Below are positions 1-9,967 of a DNA stretch of 64,000 nt, piece after piece. Under the pieces are notes generated by a model. That model did not search any database, was not told the DNA's origin, and worked only from the letters and a program-made list of their open reading frames with translations. The position numbers and the translations under genes were made by a program. Source of the stretch: a virus (lineage: Duplodnaviria; Caudoviricetes); the IMG/VR virus record IMGVR_UViG_3300048923_000295, positions 1-64,000 of that record. The stretch is one strand, 5' to 3'. Each line of letters starts with the position of its first letter. Position 1 is the first letter of the stretch.

Positions 1-1455
1 TCAACCCTCCAGCGCGGCGGCGATCCGCGCCCGGGACACCTCCTCCTGACCGTCCACGCACTTCGCGTAGACGGTCAGGAGCATCTGCAACGAGTGCCCG
101 GCCCAGGTCGCGACCTGAGTCGCCGGCACGCCAGCGTTGAGCCACCCGGACAGACAGGCATGACGCAGGTCGTAGGGGATCCGCGCGAGCGGACTCGCCT
201 GCTGCTCCGGCGTGAACGCCGCCTCGCGGGCCAGGCGGAACGCCTTGGTGTAGATGTTCGTCGGGGGCGGCCCGCCGCGCTGCGCCCGGATCAGGTAGCC
301 GTCGGGCGACCAGCCGAACTTGGCGAGGTGCACCCGGATGATCCGGACGAGCGGCGGTGGGATCGGCACCGGTCTGGTGTCGCCGTCGGGCCGGTGTTTC
401 AGCGCCCGTTCTTCTCGTTCGCCGCTGTCGTGCCACTCGGCGGAGATCTCCGGGTCCGCGGCGTCGAGCAGGAACTCGCCCCACGCCTCCGTGTCGTCCG
501 GATCGTCCGGAAGGGTGATGTTGTCCCGTTGGAGGTTCCGGACCTCCTCGGGGCGTAGGCCGGAGTAGTAGGTGCAGGCGAAGAACACCCGGTACCGCAG
601 GTAGCGTCCGCCGTCGAGCTCCCCGACGGCGTCGAGTAGCGCGCGGGCCTGCGTGTGGTTCGCGACCGACCGGCGGTCCACTGCGCGGACCGCGACCTTC
701 GGGCGCACCCACTGCAAGGCGGACAGCGGGTTCGCGTCGAGGAGCCTGCGTTCGACGGCATAGTCGAACGTGGAGAACAGCACCGAGCGGCGCCTGCCCG
801 CGGTCTTCGCGGCGGCCGGCTTCCCATCGAGGCGCCGCCCGCCAAACTCCACCGCCCGGCGCGCCACGTCAGCGTCAACCTGGTCCATGCGGATCGTGTT
901 CGCCGCCGCCCACGCGAACGCGTCGGCGAGATGCTCGGGTGGGGCGTTCTCGACCCGCTCGCCGCCCTCAGTCCGGTAGCGGACGGTCGGGCGGAACGCC
1001 CAGCCATAGAGCGCGGCGCGTAGCTCCTCCGGGCTCGGCCTGCCCTTCGCCGTGGCGTAGAAAGCGGGACTCATGATCGTCAACGCTTCGGCGACGTTCC
1101 GCCGATGCCCCGGCGAGGTTCCCGCCGCCTTCATCGCCGCGAACGCCGACGCGTGCTCGAACCAGGTCACCGAACGGCGCGCCGCCTCAGCGGCGGCAGC
1201 CTGCGCAGCCAGTTCCGTCACGGGCAGGCCGGTCGGGATGTCGAACGCGATACCCAAGGACCGGGCCCTGACCAGCTCCGCCTCGCGCCCCTCAGCGGCG
1301 GTCTTGGCGGCGAACGTTTTCGAGTGCGGAGGCCCGACTCCGCCGACGCGCCAGCGGAGCTTCCACTTCGAGGGACGGCCCTTGACCGTCGAGGGCACCT
1401 CGACCGGGCTGTAGATCCGGACGTCGTGGCTGGTGCCTTCCGGACGGGAGGTCAT
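1..1455 (-). CDS. int: Tyrosine integrase
   Basis: GLRPEE (R), YDLRHA (HxxR region), AGHS (H), VYAK (catalytic Y); typical actinobacterial integrase C-terminus. Confidence 0.95.
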   Translation of the reverse strand: MTSRPEGTSHDVRIYSPVEVPSTVKGRPSKWKLRWRVGGVGPPHSKTFAAKTAAEGREAELVRARSLGIAFDIPTGLPVTELAAQAAAAEAARRSVTWFEHASAFAAMKAAGTSPGHRRNVAEALTIMSPAFYATAKGRPSPEELRAALYGWAFRPTVRYRTEGGERVENAPPEHLADAFAWAAANTIRMDQVDADVARRAVEFGGRRLDGKPAAAKTAGRRRSVLFSTFDYAVERRLLDANPLSALQWVRPKVAVRAVDRRSVANHTQARALLDAVGELDGGRYLRYRVFFACTYYSGLRPEEVRNLQRDNITLPDDPDDTEAWGEFLLDAADPEISAEWHDSGEREERALKHRPDGDTRPVPIPPPLVRIIRVHLAKFGWSPDGYLIRAQRGGPPPTNIYTKAFRLAREAAFTPEQQASPLARIPYDLRHACLSGWLNAGVPATQVATWAGHSLQMLLTVYAKCVDGQEEVSRARIAAALEG

Positions 1456-1679
1456 GCTGTGGCGCCAAGGCTCGCGAGCCAGGCGTCGACGTCGCCGCGA
1501 CGGAAACGGAGCTCCCTACCCGGGAGAGTGATCGCTTTCGGACCGGTACCTGCCTGCCGCCAGCGGCGGAACGTCCGCTCGGACACGCGCAGCTCGGCGA
1601 GCACGTCGTCGAGGGTCAGCAGCGGCTCGGCCGTCGCCTTGGCGGGCTTCGTCCTGGGCTTGACTGCGGCTCGTGGCAT
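1452..1679 (-). CDS. Excisionase-like HTH protein
   Basis: LLTLDDVLAELRVSERTFRRWRQAGTGPK...LRFRRGDVDAWL; stop overlaps the int start; start placed at ATG 1679. Confidence 0.85.
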   Translation of the reverse strand: MPRAAVKPRTKPAKATAEPLLTLDDVLAELRVSERTFRRWRQAGTGPKAITLPGRELRFRRGDVDAWLASLGATA

Positions 1680-1745
1680 GCGCCCCCCTATGTCCGGCCT
1701 CTGCCGGCCATGAGCGGTCACGAGCGGCAGCTGTCGGCCAGATCA

Positions 1746-1791
1746 TAACCAATTCGTAGGTTCTACTGTCAACCAACCTACGAATTGGTTA
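1746..1791. promoter_or_regulatory. Perfect 17-bp inverted repeat containing two operator-like sites
   Basis: TAACCAATTCGTAGGTT (1746-1762) and AACCTACGAATTGGTTA (1775-1791), upstream of xis. Confidence 0.75.
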
Positions 1792-1795
1792 GTTG

Positions 1796-2209
1796 CTACG
1801 CCGGTTGGCACTCGCGCCCGGTACAGCCCTCCCGGGGCGGCGGCACCTCCGGACCGCAGCCGTGACCGTGGCCCGGATCGATGGAAACCCGCAGGTCGCG
1901 GAGCACATGCTCGCGTATGTCGTCCTGCTCCTCGGGCGTCAGGTTGAGGACGGCGGCCAGGCGACGGAGGAGCTCGGCAGTTCCCGCCGGGTCAGGCTCA
2001 CCGACCGTGATCTCCATGTCCTGCCAGGTCCAGCCGGGGCCGTACCGGTCGGCGATCGTGTCGAGTACGGCCCGTGCGAGCCGGGCCGCGTTGAGGATGA
2101 TGACGAGCGCGCCCGGGTGACCGAGGATGGTGACGGACTCGCGGATCCGGGCGGGCCCCATGACTATCGCCTGCACTGTGATTCCCCCTCTGACGTGCGC
2201 CGTCCGCAC
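1796..2209 (-). CDS. Hypothetical protein
   Basis: 137-aa ORF co-oriented with repressor and xis; start uncertain. Confidence 0.5.
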   Translation of the reverse strand: MRTAHVRGGITVQAIVMGPARIRESVTILGHPGALVIILNAARLARAVLDTIADRYGPGWTWQDMEITVGEPDPAGTAELLRRLAAVLNLTPEEQDDIREHVLRDLRVSIDPGHGHGCGPEVPPPREGCTGRECQPA

Positions 2210-2368
2210 GCATACAGAGAGTGATGTTTAGTGCTGCCGCCGGGAGCCCGGCAAGGTTTGCCGCCGCAGCATGTCAGCTTGTTGTCCGCGATTCCGTTGC
2301 GTGACGACAAATCGGACGCATACGGAGTGTTTTTAACGGAAGGTAACGGATCGGTTGATGTCCGGTTG

Positions 2369-2782
2369 TTAAGATTTTCCTGTCTGCTGCTTCGCCAGCA
2401 TCTCGATCATCGGCATCGCCGCAGCCCACACGGCCGCCCACGCTGCGGGATCGCCGGCCTCAAGGTCGCCACCGGGCAGGAAGCGGGCGACTACGTTGGG
2501 TGGCATGTGGGCGACGTCTGCGAGCACCTGCTCGGGTGTCGGGCCCGGTGTCGGCTCGTCGTCGTCCTCGTCGATGATCCTCATGGCTTCGTCGCGCGTG
2601 TAACCGAGACGCTCGGCGATGTCCAGCATCTGCCGGAGCTTGCCCTTCGGTTCGCTCTTGCCCTGCTTCCAGTTGTAGACCGCGTCTCGGCTGACGCCGA
2701 GGTGGTCTGCCATGTCCTCGACCTTGCGGAACTGGCCTTCCCCGCGGCCGATCCTCTCGTTGAGCAGGCGCCGAAACGTCAT
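2369..2782 (-). CDS. Immunity repressor (XRE HTH), probably leaderless
   Basis: KVEDMADHLGVSRDAVYNWKQGKSEP HTH; divergent from the Cro-like gene; TATCCT 6 nt before ATG 2782. Confidence 0.8.
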   Translation of the reverse strand: MTFRRLLNERIGRGEGQFRKVEDMADHLGVSRDAVYNWKQGKSEPKGKLRQMLDIAERLGYTRDEAMRIIDEDDDEPTPGPTPEQVLADVAHMPPNVVARFLPGGDLEAGDPAAWAAVWAAAMPMIEMLAKQQTGKS

Positions 2783-2933
2783 GATCGTAGGATAGCCGAT
2801 TCGGTTATACGACGAACGACGGACTCGCATGATCGGCCCATCGAACCCACAACCAGGCGCTATGCGGGACGATCTACGATTTCGTCGCGTCGCAGGATCT
2901 ACTAATTCGTAGGATTCGGTTATACTGGTAGGC
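2783..2933. promoter_or_regulatory. Lysis/lysogeny switch region
   Basis: Operator-like CTACGATTTCGTCG (2874-2887) and CTACTAATTCGTAG (2899-2912); direct repeat GATTCGGTTATAC (2798-2810, 2913-2925); TATACT 7 nt before GTG 2934. Confidence 0.75.
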
Positions 2934-3317
2934 GTGGCAAGGACAGCCGCCGACGGAGCACCCCTCCACGCAGCCCACAGCCGACACGGCGAACGGCTCC
3001 GCGAGGCACGCAGAGCCGCCGGCCTACGCCAGAAGGACCTCGCCGACCTGCTCGGCGTCTCACAGGTCGCGGTCTCCCTCATGGAGACCGGCCAGCGCAG
3101 CGTCTACCCGCGCCGCCACGCGATCGCGGCTGTGCTCGGCGAGAGCTGGGACACCCCAGCAGCAGAAGAGAAGACGGTGCCGCCCGGATGCGACCCGGGC
3201 GGACACCCGGCAGGCCCCATCACGAACGGAGAAGAGCAGATGGACCCGCAGCAGCAGAATAGCCGGCCCCGCCTCGCCGCGCCGGCCAGCAACGCCCCTC
3301 AGGGGGTGCAGGCGTGA
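2934..3317 (+). CDS. Cro-like XRE HTH regulator
   Basis: RLREARRAAGLRQKDLADLLGVSQVAVSLMETGQR. Confidence 0.85.
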   Translation: MARTAADGAPLHAAHSRHGERLREARRAAGLRQKDLADLLGVSQVAVSLMETGQRSVYPRRHAIAAVLGESWDTPAAEEKTVPPGCDPGGHPAGPITNGEEQMDPQQQNSRPRLAAPASNAPQGVQA

Positions 3318-4285
3318 CGCAGAAGTTCACGGTGGTGCCCGCGGTGCGGCACCAGCAGCCGGCCCGGATCGCCATCACCGGCCCCTCGAACGCGGGGAAG
3401 ACGTTCACGTCGTTGACGTTCGCCCGGGAGCTGGCTGGACCGGACGGCCGGGTGGTCGTGGCCGACACGAACCGCGGCCAAGCCCTCGACTACGCCCCAG
3501 CGGACCCCGCGAACCCCGGCCCCCGGGAGTTCCGGTTCGACCACTGCCGGATCGAGGGCTCCTACAGCCCGGCGCTGATCCCCGACCTGATAGCCCAGTT
3601 CACCGCCGAGGGTGCGCCGGTGCTGGTCATCGACGGCATGTCGCCGTTCTGGTCCGGCACCGACGGGATGCTGGAGCTGGTCGACAGGCTGTCCGGTACC
3701 AAGAACGACAAGTTCACGTCGGGGTGGAACGCGGCCCGGCCGGTCGAGAAGCGGATGCTCGACGCGCTGCTCGGCTACCCAGGCCATCTGATCGTGACGA
3801 TGCGCGTCAAGACCGACTACGTCATCGAGAAGAACGACGCGGGGAAGAACGCCCCGAGAAAGATCGGTCTGAAGCCGGAGCAGCGCGACGGGCTCGACTA
3901 CGAGTTCGCGACCGTGATCACGCTCGACACGTCCCACCGGGCGACATTCGAGACCTCGACTTGCCCGGCGCTGGTCGACCTCATCGTCGACAAGCCCGGC
4001 GCCGACCTGGCGCGGGCATACGCGGAGTGGCTCAGCGGCGGCGCTCCCGCGATGTCGGTGGGCGACTACCTCGACGCGACATTCAACCCGGAGACCACCT
4101 TCGACGAGCTCGGCAACCTGCTCGCGCAGGTGCGAGGCGTCGGGTTGGCGAACGCCTCCGTGTTCGACCGGGACGGGCAGACGGCCACCCTCGGCGACGT
4201 CATGCTCACACGCGGGCGAGAGCTCCGCGAGCAGGCGGCCCGAGCGCAGCGGGCCGCCCGGTCGGCGGAACCGGCCGCAGCGTGA
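3314..4285 (+). CDS. AAA-family ATPase (Sak4-like recombination protein)
   Basis: Walker A GPSNAGKT, Walker B VLVIDG, GLKPEQRDGLDYEF. Confidence 0.8.
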   Translation: MTQKFTVVPAVRHQQPARIAITGPSNAGKTFTSLTFARELAGPDGRVVVADTNRGQALDYAPADPANPGPREFRFDHCRIEGSYSPALIPDLIAQFTAEGAPVLVIDGMSPFWSGTDGMLELVDRLSGTKNDKFTSGWNAARPVEKRMLDALLGYPGHLIVTMRVKTDYVIEKNDAGKNAPRKIGLKPEQRDGLDYEFATVITLDTSHRATFETSTCPALVDLIVDKPGADLARAYAEWLSGGAPAMSVGDYLDATFNPETTFDELGNLLAQVRGVGLANASVFDRDGQTATLGDVMLTRGRELREQAARAQRAARSAEPAAA

Positions 4286-5076
4286 CCAGCAGCACCGAGG
4301 GCACCCCGGCCGCCATCCCGGCGGCCGGGGGCTCCCCCGCCTCGCTCGATGCGCGTCTGATGGTCGACCCGCCCGGCGTCGAGAACCCGTACTGGGAGGC
4401 CGTCAAGCAGGTCCCCGGGGCGCATTCGAGCCTGCGCCGGGCGGCCGGCGGGTGGGAGCCCGACGGGTTCGCCATCAGCTGGGAGACCAGGCAGCCGATC
4501 CAGCCCGGCCGGGACGAGCTGGTCCGCCGCTACGCCTGGGCAGTCGCCGACCCCGGGTCGGTCGGGTTCGTCGCCGAGCATGCGGCAGCCGGTGTCGTCG
4601 AGATCGGCGCCGGTGCCGGGTACTGGGCGTGGCAGCTCGTGCAGCGCGGCATCCCGGTGGCCGCCTACGACGAGAGCCCGCCGAACGTGAAGTCCAACGG
4701 CTACTGCGGGCGAGACGGTGTGCTGCGGCCGGTGTGGCACCCGGTCCACGAAGGTGGTCCGGAGATGGCGGCCAAGCACGCCGATCGGGCGCTGTTCCTG
4801 TGCTGGCCGCCGATGAGCACGATGGCCGCCGAGGCGCTCGCCGCCTACCAGGGCGACCGGGTGATCTACATCGGCGAGGGCGACTGGGGATGCACCGCCG
4901 ACGACGACTTCCACGAGGCGCTGAACGCCGGCTGGGAGGAAATCGCCGATCACGTCGGGGTCCGCTGGTCCGGGATCAACGACCGGATCACCGTGCACCG
5001 GCGGGCGTCCAGCCGGGCGTTGGGGCCCACCCCGGAGGCCCGCGCGTTGACCGCCAGCTCGGGCGGTGCCCGGTGA
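4282..5076 (+). CDS. Class I SAM-dependent methyltransferase-like protein
   Basis: VVEIGAGAGYWA motif I, LFLCWPP, VIYIGEG; GTG 4282 overlaps the upstream stop. Confidence 0.65.
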   Translation: MTSSTEGTPAAIPAAGGSPASLDARLMVDPPGVENPYWEAVKQVPGAHSSLRRAAGGWEPDGFAISWETRQPIQPGRDELVRRYAWAVADPGSVGFVAEHAAAGVVEIGAGAGYWAWQLVQRGIPVAAYDESPPNVKSNGYCGRDGVLRPVWHPVHEGGPEMAAKHADRALFLCWPPMSTMAAEALAAYQGDRVIYIGEGDWGCTADDDFHEALNAGWEEIADHVGVRWSGINDRITVHRRASSRALGPTPEARALTASSGGAR

Positions 5077-5270
5077 CCGCCGGTCAGGTCGGGGCCTTAC
5101 TGATCGCCCTAGACGCCGCGCCCCGGCCAGTGCGTGCCCGTGCGCTCGCCGCCGCACTCCACCTGCCGCCCGACCAGGTGCGGGCGGCTCTCCGACAGCA
5201 GCAGAACGCGGGGGTCGTCCACTCGGACGGCCGCCGCTGGACCACCACCATCAACGAGCGGGGGAACTGA
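5073..5270 (+). CDS. Small winged-HTH-like protein
   Basis: RARALAAALHLPPDQVRAALRQQQNAGVV; coupled start/stop. Confidence 0.45.
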   Translation: MTAGQVGALLIALDAAPRPVRARALAAALHLPPDQVRAALRQQQNAGVVHSDGRRWTTTINERGN

Positions 5271-5272
5271 CC

Positions 5273-5830
5273 GTGACCATGGAGGAAACCGCGTCGAGCG
5301 GGATGACGTGGTCGGACGTCCATGCCGCACTCGGCACCGCGCTGGGCATCGCCGAGCGGCTGGTCGAGGGATCCGACCAGCTCCCGGGCGGCCCGCAGCT
5401 CGCCGAGCTGATCGAGCTCGCCGGCACCGTCGACCAAGTGGTCGAGAAGCTCGGCACCGTCCGCGGCGAGCTCTCGTACCGTGCGCGGTCCGCGTTCGGG
5501 TGGAAGCCGAACAAGTTCGTGCACCCGGAGCTCGGGTGGGTCGCCAAGCGGGAACGGGTCTACAGCCGGACGTGGAACCTTCGGCGGGCGTTCGGCCGGG
5601 TCGCCCCGATGCTGCTCTGCGACGCGGAGACCGGCGAGGCCGACATGCCGTTCAAGGCGGAGGACGTCGAGCGGCTGCTGCGCCGGTTCGAGGCGGTCGC
5701 GTCGATCAGCGGGATGAAGTCCACGGCGATGCGGAGTCTCGGGCTCGCCGTCGAGGACCTGTACGACGACGAGGAAAAGCCGAAGCGCGTCACGATCGTG
5801 CGCGACCCCTCGAAGGCGACGCGGCGGTGA
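5273..5830 (+). CDS. Hypothetical phage protein
   Basis: Operon position and GC-frame-consistent codons. Confidence 0.6.
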   Translation: MTMEETASSGMTWSDVHAALGTALGIAERLVEGSDQLPGGPQLAELIELAGTVDQVVEKLGTVRGELSYRARSAFGWKPNKFVHPELGWVAKRERVYSRTWNLRRAFGRVAPMLLCDAETGEADMPFKAEDVERLLRRFEAVASISGMKSTAMRSLGLAVEDLYDDEEKPKRVTIVRDPSKATRR

Positions 5831-6075
5831 GCGGCGACGTCTCCCTGCCGGCCGGGACCACCCCGGCCGGCGGGCCCACCCGCGACCGGATCCGAGCCGA
5901 CATCATCGCCGCCCGGAAGTACCTCGTTAGCGTCAACGAAGCACTAGAAGGCGCGGATCTCCCCCTTGTTGACTTTGAGCGGATCGCCGACGACCTCTAC
6001 GAACTGATCAGATCCGCAAGGCTCGCACGGGCTCGCGCGATCAGCCGCGCCGAACATTCCCGGAGCTCGCGGTGA
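5827..6075 (+). CDS. Hypothetical protein
   Basis: GTGA overlaps at both ends. Confidence 0.55.
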   Translation: MSGDVSLPAGTTPAGGPTRDRIRADIIAARKYLVSVNEALEGADLPLVDFERIADDLYELIRSARLARARAISRAEHSRSSR

Positions 6076-6311
6076 GCCGGGACGGGGTCGCGGCCATCTG
6101 GACAGCGGTCGCCGCTCTCGCCGCCTGCGCGCCCATGTTCGCCCTCACCGTGGCTCTCTACAGCCCCCACCCGGAGGGCACCCGCCCGCTGCCGGCGCGG
6201 TCCGGTCCGGCGGCGGTGATGGTGTGGCAGCCCGGGTTCTGGGGCGAGGTGCACCCCGCCGCCGCCCGGGACGGTGTCCGCTCCCCGCTGCCGGCGGCTC
6301 GCCGTGGGTAG
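6072..6311 (+). CDS. Small membrane protein
   Basis: Hydrophobic segment AAIWTAVAALAACAPMFALTVAL. Confidence 0.5.
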   Translation: MSRDGVAAIWTAVAALAACAPMFALTVALYSPHPEGTRPLPARSGPAAVMVWQPGFWGEVHPAAARDGVRSPLPAARRG

Positions 6312-6561
6312 GCACAGCACCCCGCCGCCCGAGCGGCCCACCAAGACCGAGCGGCCTGTCGCCATCATCGCGACCGGTGCTGTGGGCCTGGCCGCCGCCG
6401 TCGCCGCGCTGGTCCTCCTCGCCGTCGACCCGACCGGCACGGCGGCACCCCGCCGGCCCGCGTGCGCGGCGGCGTGTGTGCCCGCGTCCCCTCTCGGCTG
6501 GGCCATCGGCGCAGCCCCACACACCCAGACGATCGGAGTTGACCTTGACCGGGAACCGTGA
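6274..6561 (+). CDS. Small membrane protein
   Basis: TM segment VAIIATGAVGLAAAVAALVLLAV; start uncertain. Confidence 0.5.
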   Translation: MSAPRCRRLAVGRHSTPPPERPTKTERPVAIIATGAVGLAAAVAALVLLAVDPTGTAAPRRPACAAACVPASPLGWAIGAAPHTQTIGVDLDREP

Positions 6562-7183
6562 GCCGGACGTCCCCGGCCTGCGGAAGCTGCTCGACGCCGC
6601 TACCGGCCGTCCGTGGAGCTGGCGGGGAAACGTCGACGCCCGGGATATCCGGCTCGGCGGGTACGCAGAACCCACCAGCGAAGACGGCAAGCGGCGCCGC
6701 TGGGGGACGACGGTCCTCCGTTTCGCCCGGTGGGGCATGAGTAGCGCCCGGCCCCGTTTCAACGTCGACGACCTGATGCGTGACGGCGAGGAGTTCGCCG
6801 TCTTCGAGGTGGCGCCCAACGCGACCAGCCGGAAGGACCCGCAGGTCTACCGGGGCGACATCGTCGACCTTCGGCACCCCGACGCGCAGCTCATCGTCGC
6901 CGCCGTCAACAACCTCGACGCGCTGCTGAATGCGGCCGACGAACGTGACCGGCTGCGTGTCGAGCTGGAGCAGGCCCGCGCCGAGGCCGAGGCCGCCAAC
7001 GGACAGTCCGGGTGGCTCTCGAAGGAGCTCGCCGAACAGCGGCGAGTCGTCAGCTTCCTCGACGAGCTCCGCAGAACCCAGGAGGAGCGGGTCGCGGTGC
7101 TCGGCGGCGAGCGGGACATCGCCGCGGCACTGGAAGGCGAGAACGCCGAGCTGCGCCGGGCGCTCGCCCGGACCGAACCATGA
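6545..7183 (+). CDS. Ead/Ea22-like coiled-coil protein
   Basis: PDAQLIVAAVNNLDALLNAADERDRLR followed by a coiled coil; TTG start inferred. Confidence 0.5.
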   Translation: MTGNREPDVPGLRKLLDAATGRPWSWRGNVDARDIRLGGYAEPTSEDGKRRRWGTTVLRFARWGMSSARPRFNVDDLMRDGEEFAVFEVAPNATSRKDPQVYRGDIVDLRHPDAQLIVAAVNNLDALLNAADERDRLRVELEQARAEAEAANGQSGWLSKELAEQRRVVSFLDELRRTQEERVAVLGGERDIAAALEGENAELRRALARTEP

Positions 7184-7683
7184 GGACCCTGAGCGGCGTC
7201 GAGCAGGCCGAGGCGGCGCCGGCGTTCTCCAGCTCCTGGGAGTCCCGTGCCGGCTGCGGCCGGGCCGATGTCGACCCGGATCAGTTCTACCCGGTCGACA
7301 TCGGCCGGGGCGCGTCCGCCTCCTACCGGGCGCCCGGCCGGGTGTGCGCCGCCTGCCCGGTCGCGCTCGAGTGCCTGGTCGCCGCGGTCGATGGTGAGGA
7401 GCACGGCTACCAGTACGGGATGCGGGCCGGGCTGACCCCGCACGACCGGGGCCGGCCGCTGCTCGTCGCGAAACGGCTGCGAGTTCTCGCGAACATGCGT
7501 GCCGCGGGCCTGCCGGGTCGGCGGCTGCCGGACGGGCTGCATCGGCTGGTGCTCGCCCAGCTCGCCACGCTGGTCGCCCGTGAGCAGGAGCTCGCGCCGA
7601 AGCGGGAGGCGAAAAGGCGCCGGGCCCGGCAGTTGGAGCGGGCCCGGTTGAAGCGCAAGAAGGCGCTGGCCGCCAGCGCGTAG
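7180..7683 (+). CDS. WhiB-family Fe-S transcription factor
   Basis: C...[10 protein letters not shown] with YGMRAG (GVWGG-like) and a basic C-terminus. Confidence 0.85.
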   Translation: MRTLSGVEQAEAAPAFSSSWESRAGCGRADVDPDQFYPVDIGRGASASYRAPGRVCAACPVALECLVAAVDGEEHGYQYGMRAGLTPHDRGRPLLVAKRLRVLANMRAAGLPGRRLPDGLHRLVLAQLATLVAREQELAPKREAKRRRARQLERARLKRKKALAASA

Positions 7684-7759
7684 CCCGGCCTATCAGCCTG
7701 CCCCGGCGCCGATCCCCCCGGACGGCACCGGGGCCTCGGACGTAGAGAAAGGATGCACG

Positions 7760-8650
7760 TTGACCGAGATCGTCCCTCCCGTCGCGCTGGCGGCGCCCAG
7801 CCCGTTCGATGCGCTCCGGCAGCTCGGCCCCGACGGCGAGTACTGGTCGGCCCGAGACCTGGCCCCGGCGCTCGGGTACGAGCGGTGGGAGCGGTTCGTC
7901 GACAGCATCGACCGCGCCCGCGCCGCAGCCCAGAACAGCGGTCGCGACCCCGAAGTTGACCGGCGCGGCGCCGCGAAGGACAACTTCAATGGGCGTCGTC
8001 ACCAGCGCGTCGTCGATTACCACCTGTCCCGATACGGTGCGTACCTCGTCGCGATGAACGGCGACCCGCGGAAGCCAGAGATCGCCGCCGCCCAGACCTA
8101 CTTCGCCGTCAAGACCCGCGAGGCGGAGACCCGCCTGCCCATCCCCGCCGAGAAGCCCCTCGATGAGCTGGAGGTCGCCGAGCGGTACGTGGCCGCGCTC
8201 CGGGAGAAGCGTGTGCTTGCCGCACGGCTGGAGCTGGAGTCCGCGCGGGCGGACACGGAGCACGCGGCCCGCAAGAAGCTGGAGCCGTTGGCCGCCGCCG
8301 GCCGCACGTTCACTGAGATCAAGGGCACGGTCAGCGTCGCAGTAGCCGCCGGTCACCTCTCCAACGATCTCGGGATCAAGGTTGGGCGTGACCGTCTGTT
8401 CACCAAAATGCGGGACCTCGGCTGGATCTGCCGTGAGGGGCGAGGATCCCGGAAGTGCTGGCGCGCGAAACAGACCGCCATCGACTCCGGAAAGCTCCGG
8501 GAATACCCGAACCCCTTCATCGACCAGGAAACCGGAGAACGGCAGTTCGGCGCCCCGACGATCCAGATCACCAGTAAGGGCCTGAGCAGCTTGTATGCCC
8601 ACTACTACGGCGGGGCCCAGGGCCGTCTCGGTCTGGAAGACGCCGGCTGA
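7760..8650 (+). CDS. Antirepressor (Bro/DinD-like N-domain plus KilAC-like C-domain)
   Basis: [51 protein letters not shown]; [15 protein letters not shown]...ITSKG. Confidence 0.85.
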   Translation: MTEIVPPVALAAPSPFDALRQLGPDGEYWSARDLAPALGYERWERFVDSIDRARAAAQNSGRDPEVDRRGAAKDNFNGRRHQRVVDYHLSRYGAYLVAMNGDPRKPEIAAAQTYFAVKTREAETRLPIPAEKPLDELEVAERYVAALREKRVLAARLELESARADTEHAARKKLEPLAAAGRTFTEIKGTVSVAVAAGHLSNDLGIKVGRDRLFTKMRDLGWICREGRGSRKCWRAKQTAIDSGKLREYPNPFIDQETGERQFGAPTIQITSKGLSSLYAHYYGGAQGRLGLEDAG

Positions 8651-9030
8651 TGGGCTCCCCCACGTCGGCGTGGCAGCCAGCCATGTTCAGCCTGCCGCGT
8701 ACCCCGATCCAGTGGCCGGAGCGTCGGGAGAAGAACTCGGCCGCGCCGCCGCCTCTGCCCGGGCGTGGCGCGTTCACGCAGCCGGTCGACGACGGCCGGA
8801 TACTCGTCGACACCAGCACCGGGGAGATTCTCGAGACCCCGCCGTCGCGGGCCCGCGCGGCACGGCTCGCCCCGCGGATCGACGCGCATCGGCAGCGGCT
8901 CGCCGCCGAGCTGGACGCCGCGCGGGAACGGGCCCGGCGGTGGGCGCCGCGTGCACGGGCCGCGCTGCCCGCCCGTACCCCACCGGGGCTGGAACGGCCG
9001 GCGGTCGGACCGTTGGGCGGTACCCGGTGA
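8650..9030 (+). CDS. Hypothetical protein
   Basis: TGATG coupling with the upstream gene. Confidence 0.5.
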   Translation: MGSPTSAWQPAMFSLPRTPIQWPERREKNSAAPPPLPGRGAFTQPVDDGRILVDTSTGEILETPPSRARAARLAPRIDAHRQRLAAELDAARERARRWAPRARAALPARTPPGLERPAVGPLGGTR

Positions 9031-9596
9031 CGACGCTGCGCCCACCGATCCCGGTGCAGCTCGCTGACCGGCCAACCGTCGGCGGCCTCGTCATCCCCTG
9101 GGTGGCGCTGCGACTCGCTGATGGCGGTGTCGATTTCCGCCGCCAGGACCGGCGGCGCGCCGAGCAGTGCTGGCGGGAACGGCTCTGCCAGATCTGCGGC
9201 CAGTACATCGAGGGCCCGATCGTCCTGTTCGGCGGCGCCGAGGCGGTCGCCGAGCGGGTCTTCCACGAGCCTCCGATGGATCCGGCGTGCGCCCGCTACG
9301 TGCAGGTGGCGTGTCCGATGGTCGCAGGGCGGATGGCCCGGTACGCGTCCGGGCCATCCGTTGCCGAAGGGCCGCGGGGGAAGACGTGCCCGACACCGGG
9401 ATGCGACTGCGCCGGCCTGGTGCACGCCGAGTCCGCCGTTCCCGGGGAGCCGGGCAGGCGGGCGCACGCCTGGTATGCCGTGTGGGCCCGTGGGTATCGG
9501 CTCGCGTTGCGGGCGGACGGCAGCCTGTACGGCGGCGCGCTGGCCGGTGAGCCGCTGCGGGTCCGGTTGCTGTCGACGCCAGGGCAGGAGTCTTGA
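9027..9596 (+). CDS. Cys/His-rich conserved actinophage protein
   Basis: GLVIPWV, CQICG, FHEPPMDPACARYVQVACP. Confidence 0.65.
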   Translation: MTTLRPPIPVQLADRPTVGGLVIPWVALRLADGGVDFRRQDRRRAEQCWRERLCQICGQYIEGPIVLFGGAEAVAERVFHEPPMDPACARYVQVACPMVAGRMARYASGPSVAEGPRGKTCPTPGCDCAGLVHAESAVPGEPGRRAHAWYAVWARGYRLALRADGSLYGGALAGEPLRVRLLSTPGQES

Positions 9597-9934
9597 CCAC
9601 CTCGTGTTGGCCCGTGGTCTACGTCTGCGAGTGCGGTCGGCTCCGCCAGGAGCACAAGTTCGCCGAGCGGGACCAGGCTCACGCGCGGCCGCGCGGCACG
9701 GACAACGGGGCATGCGCCGGATACCGGGAGGCGCGGGTGGAGGAGCGGCCGCCCGCGTCGGAGCTGCGCCAGCGCCTAGCCGCCGTCGTGTGGCTGGCTG
9801 GGGAGCCGCCGCCGATCCCTGCCGGGGTGCCGGCGTCCGCGCGGGTGGCGTGGCGAGACGGCTGGGATGCGGCAGTCGCCGCCGCGGTGCTCGCGGCCAC
9901 CGGGAAGACGGATCACCACAACCCCACAACGTAG
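9593..9934 (+). CDS. Hypothetical protein
   Basis: Coupled TTG start; CECG...H...C. Confidence 0.5.
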   Translation: MTTSCWPVVYVCECGRLRQEHKFAERDQAHARPRGTDNGACAGYREARVEERPPASELRQRLAAVVWLAGEPPPIPAGVPASARVAWRDGWDAAVAAAVLAATGKTDHHNPTT

Positions 9935-9960
9935 ATACTACGAATTGGTAGATTCGTAGA
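9931..9960. promoter_or_regulatory. Operator-like site
   Basis: CTACGAATTGGTAG 9938-9951 in an AT-rich gap. Confidence 0.7.
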
Positions 9961-9967
9961 ACGAGCT

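Noticed and set aside
1-60. attL site
   Set aside because: The integrase stop is at position 1, so any att core lies outside the window.
6365-8602. Long antisense or alternate-frame ORFs (6365-8602, 12840-14507, 27273-28931, 44464-46413, 59843-62506 and others)
   Set aside because: Shadow ORFs typical of high-GC DNA, overlapping well-supported genes.
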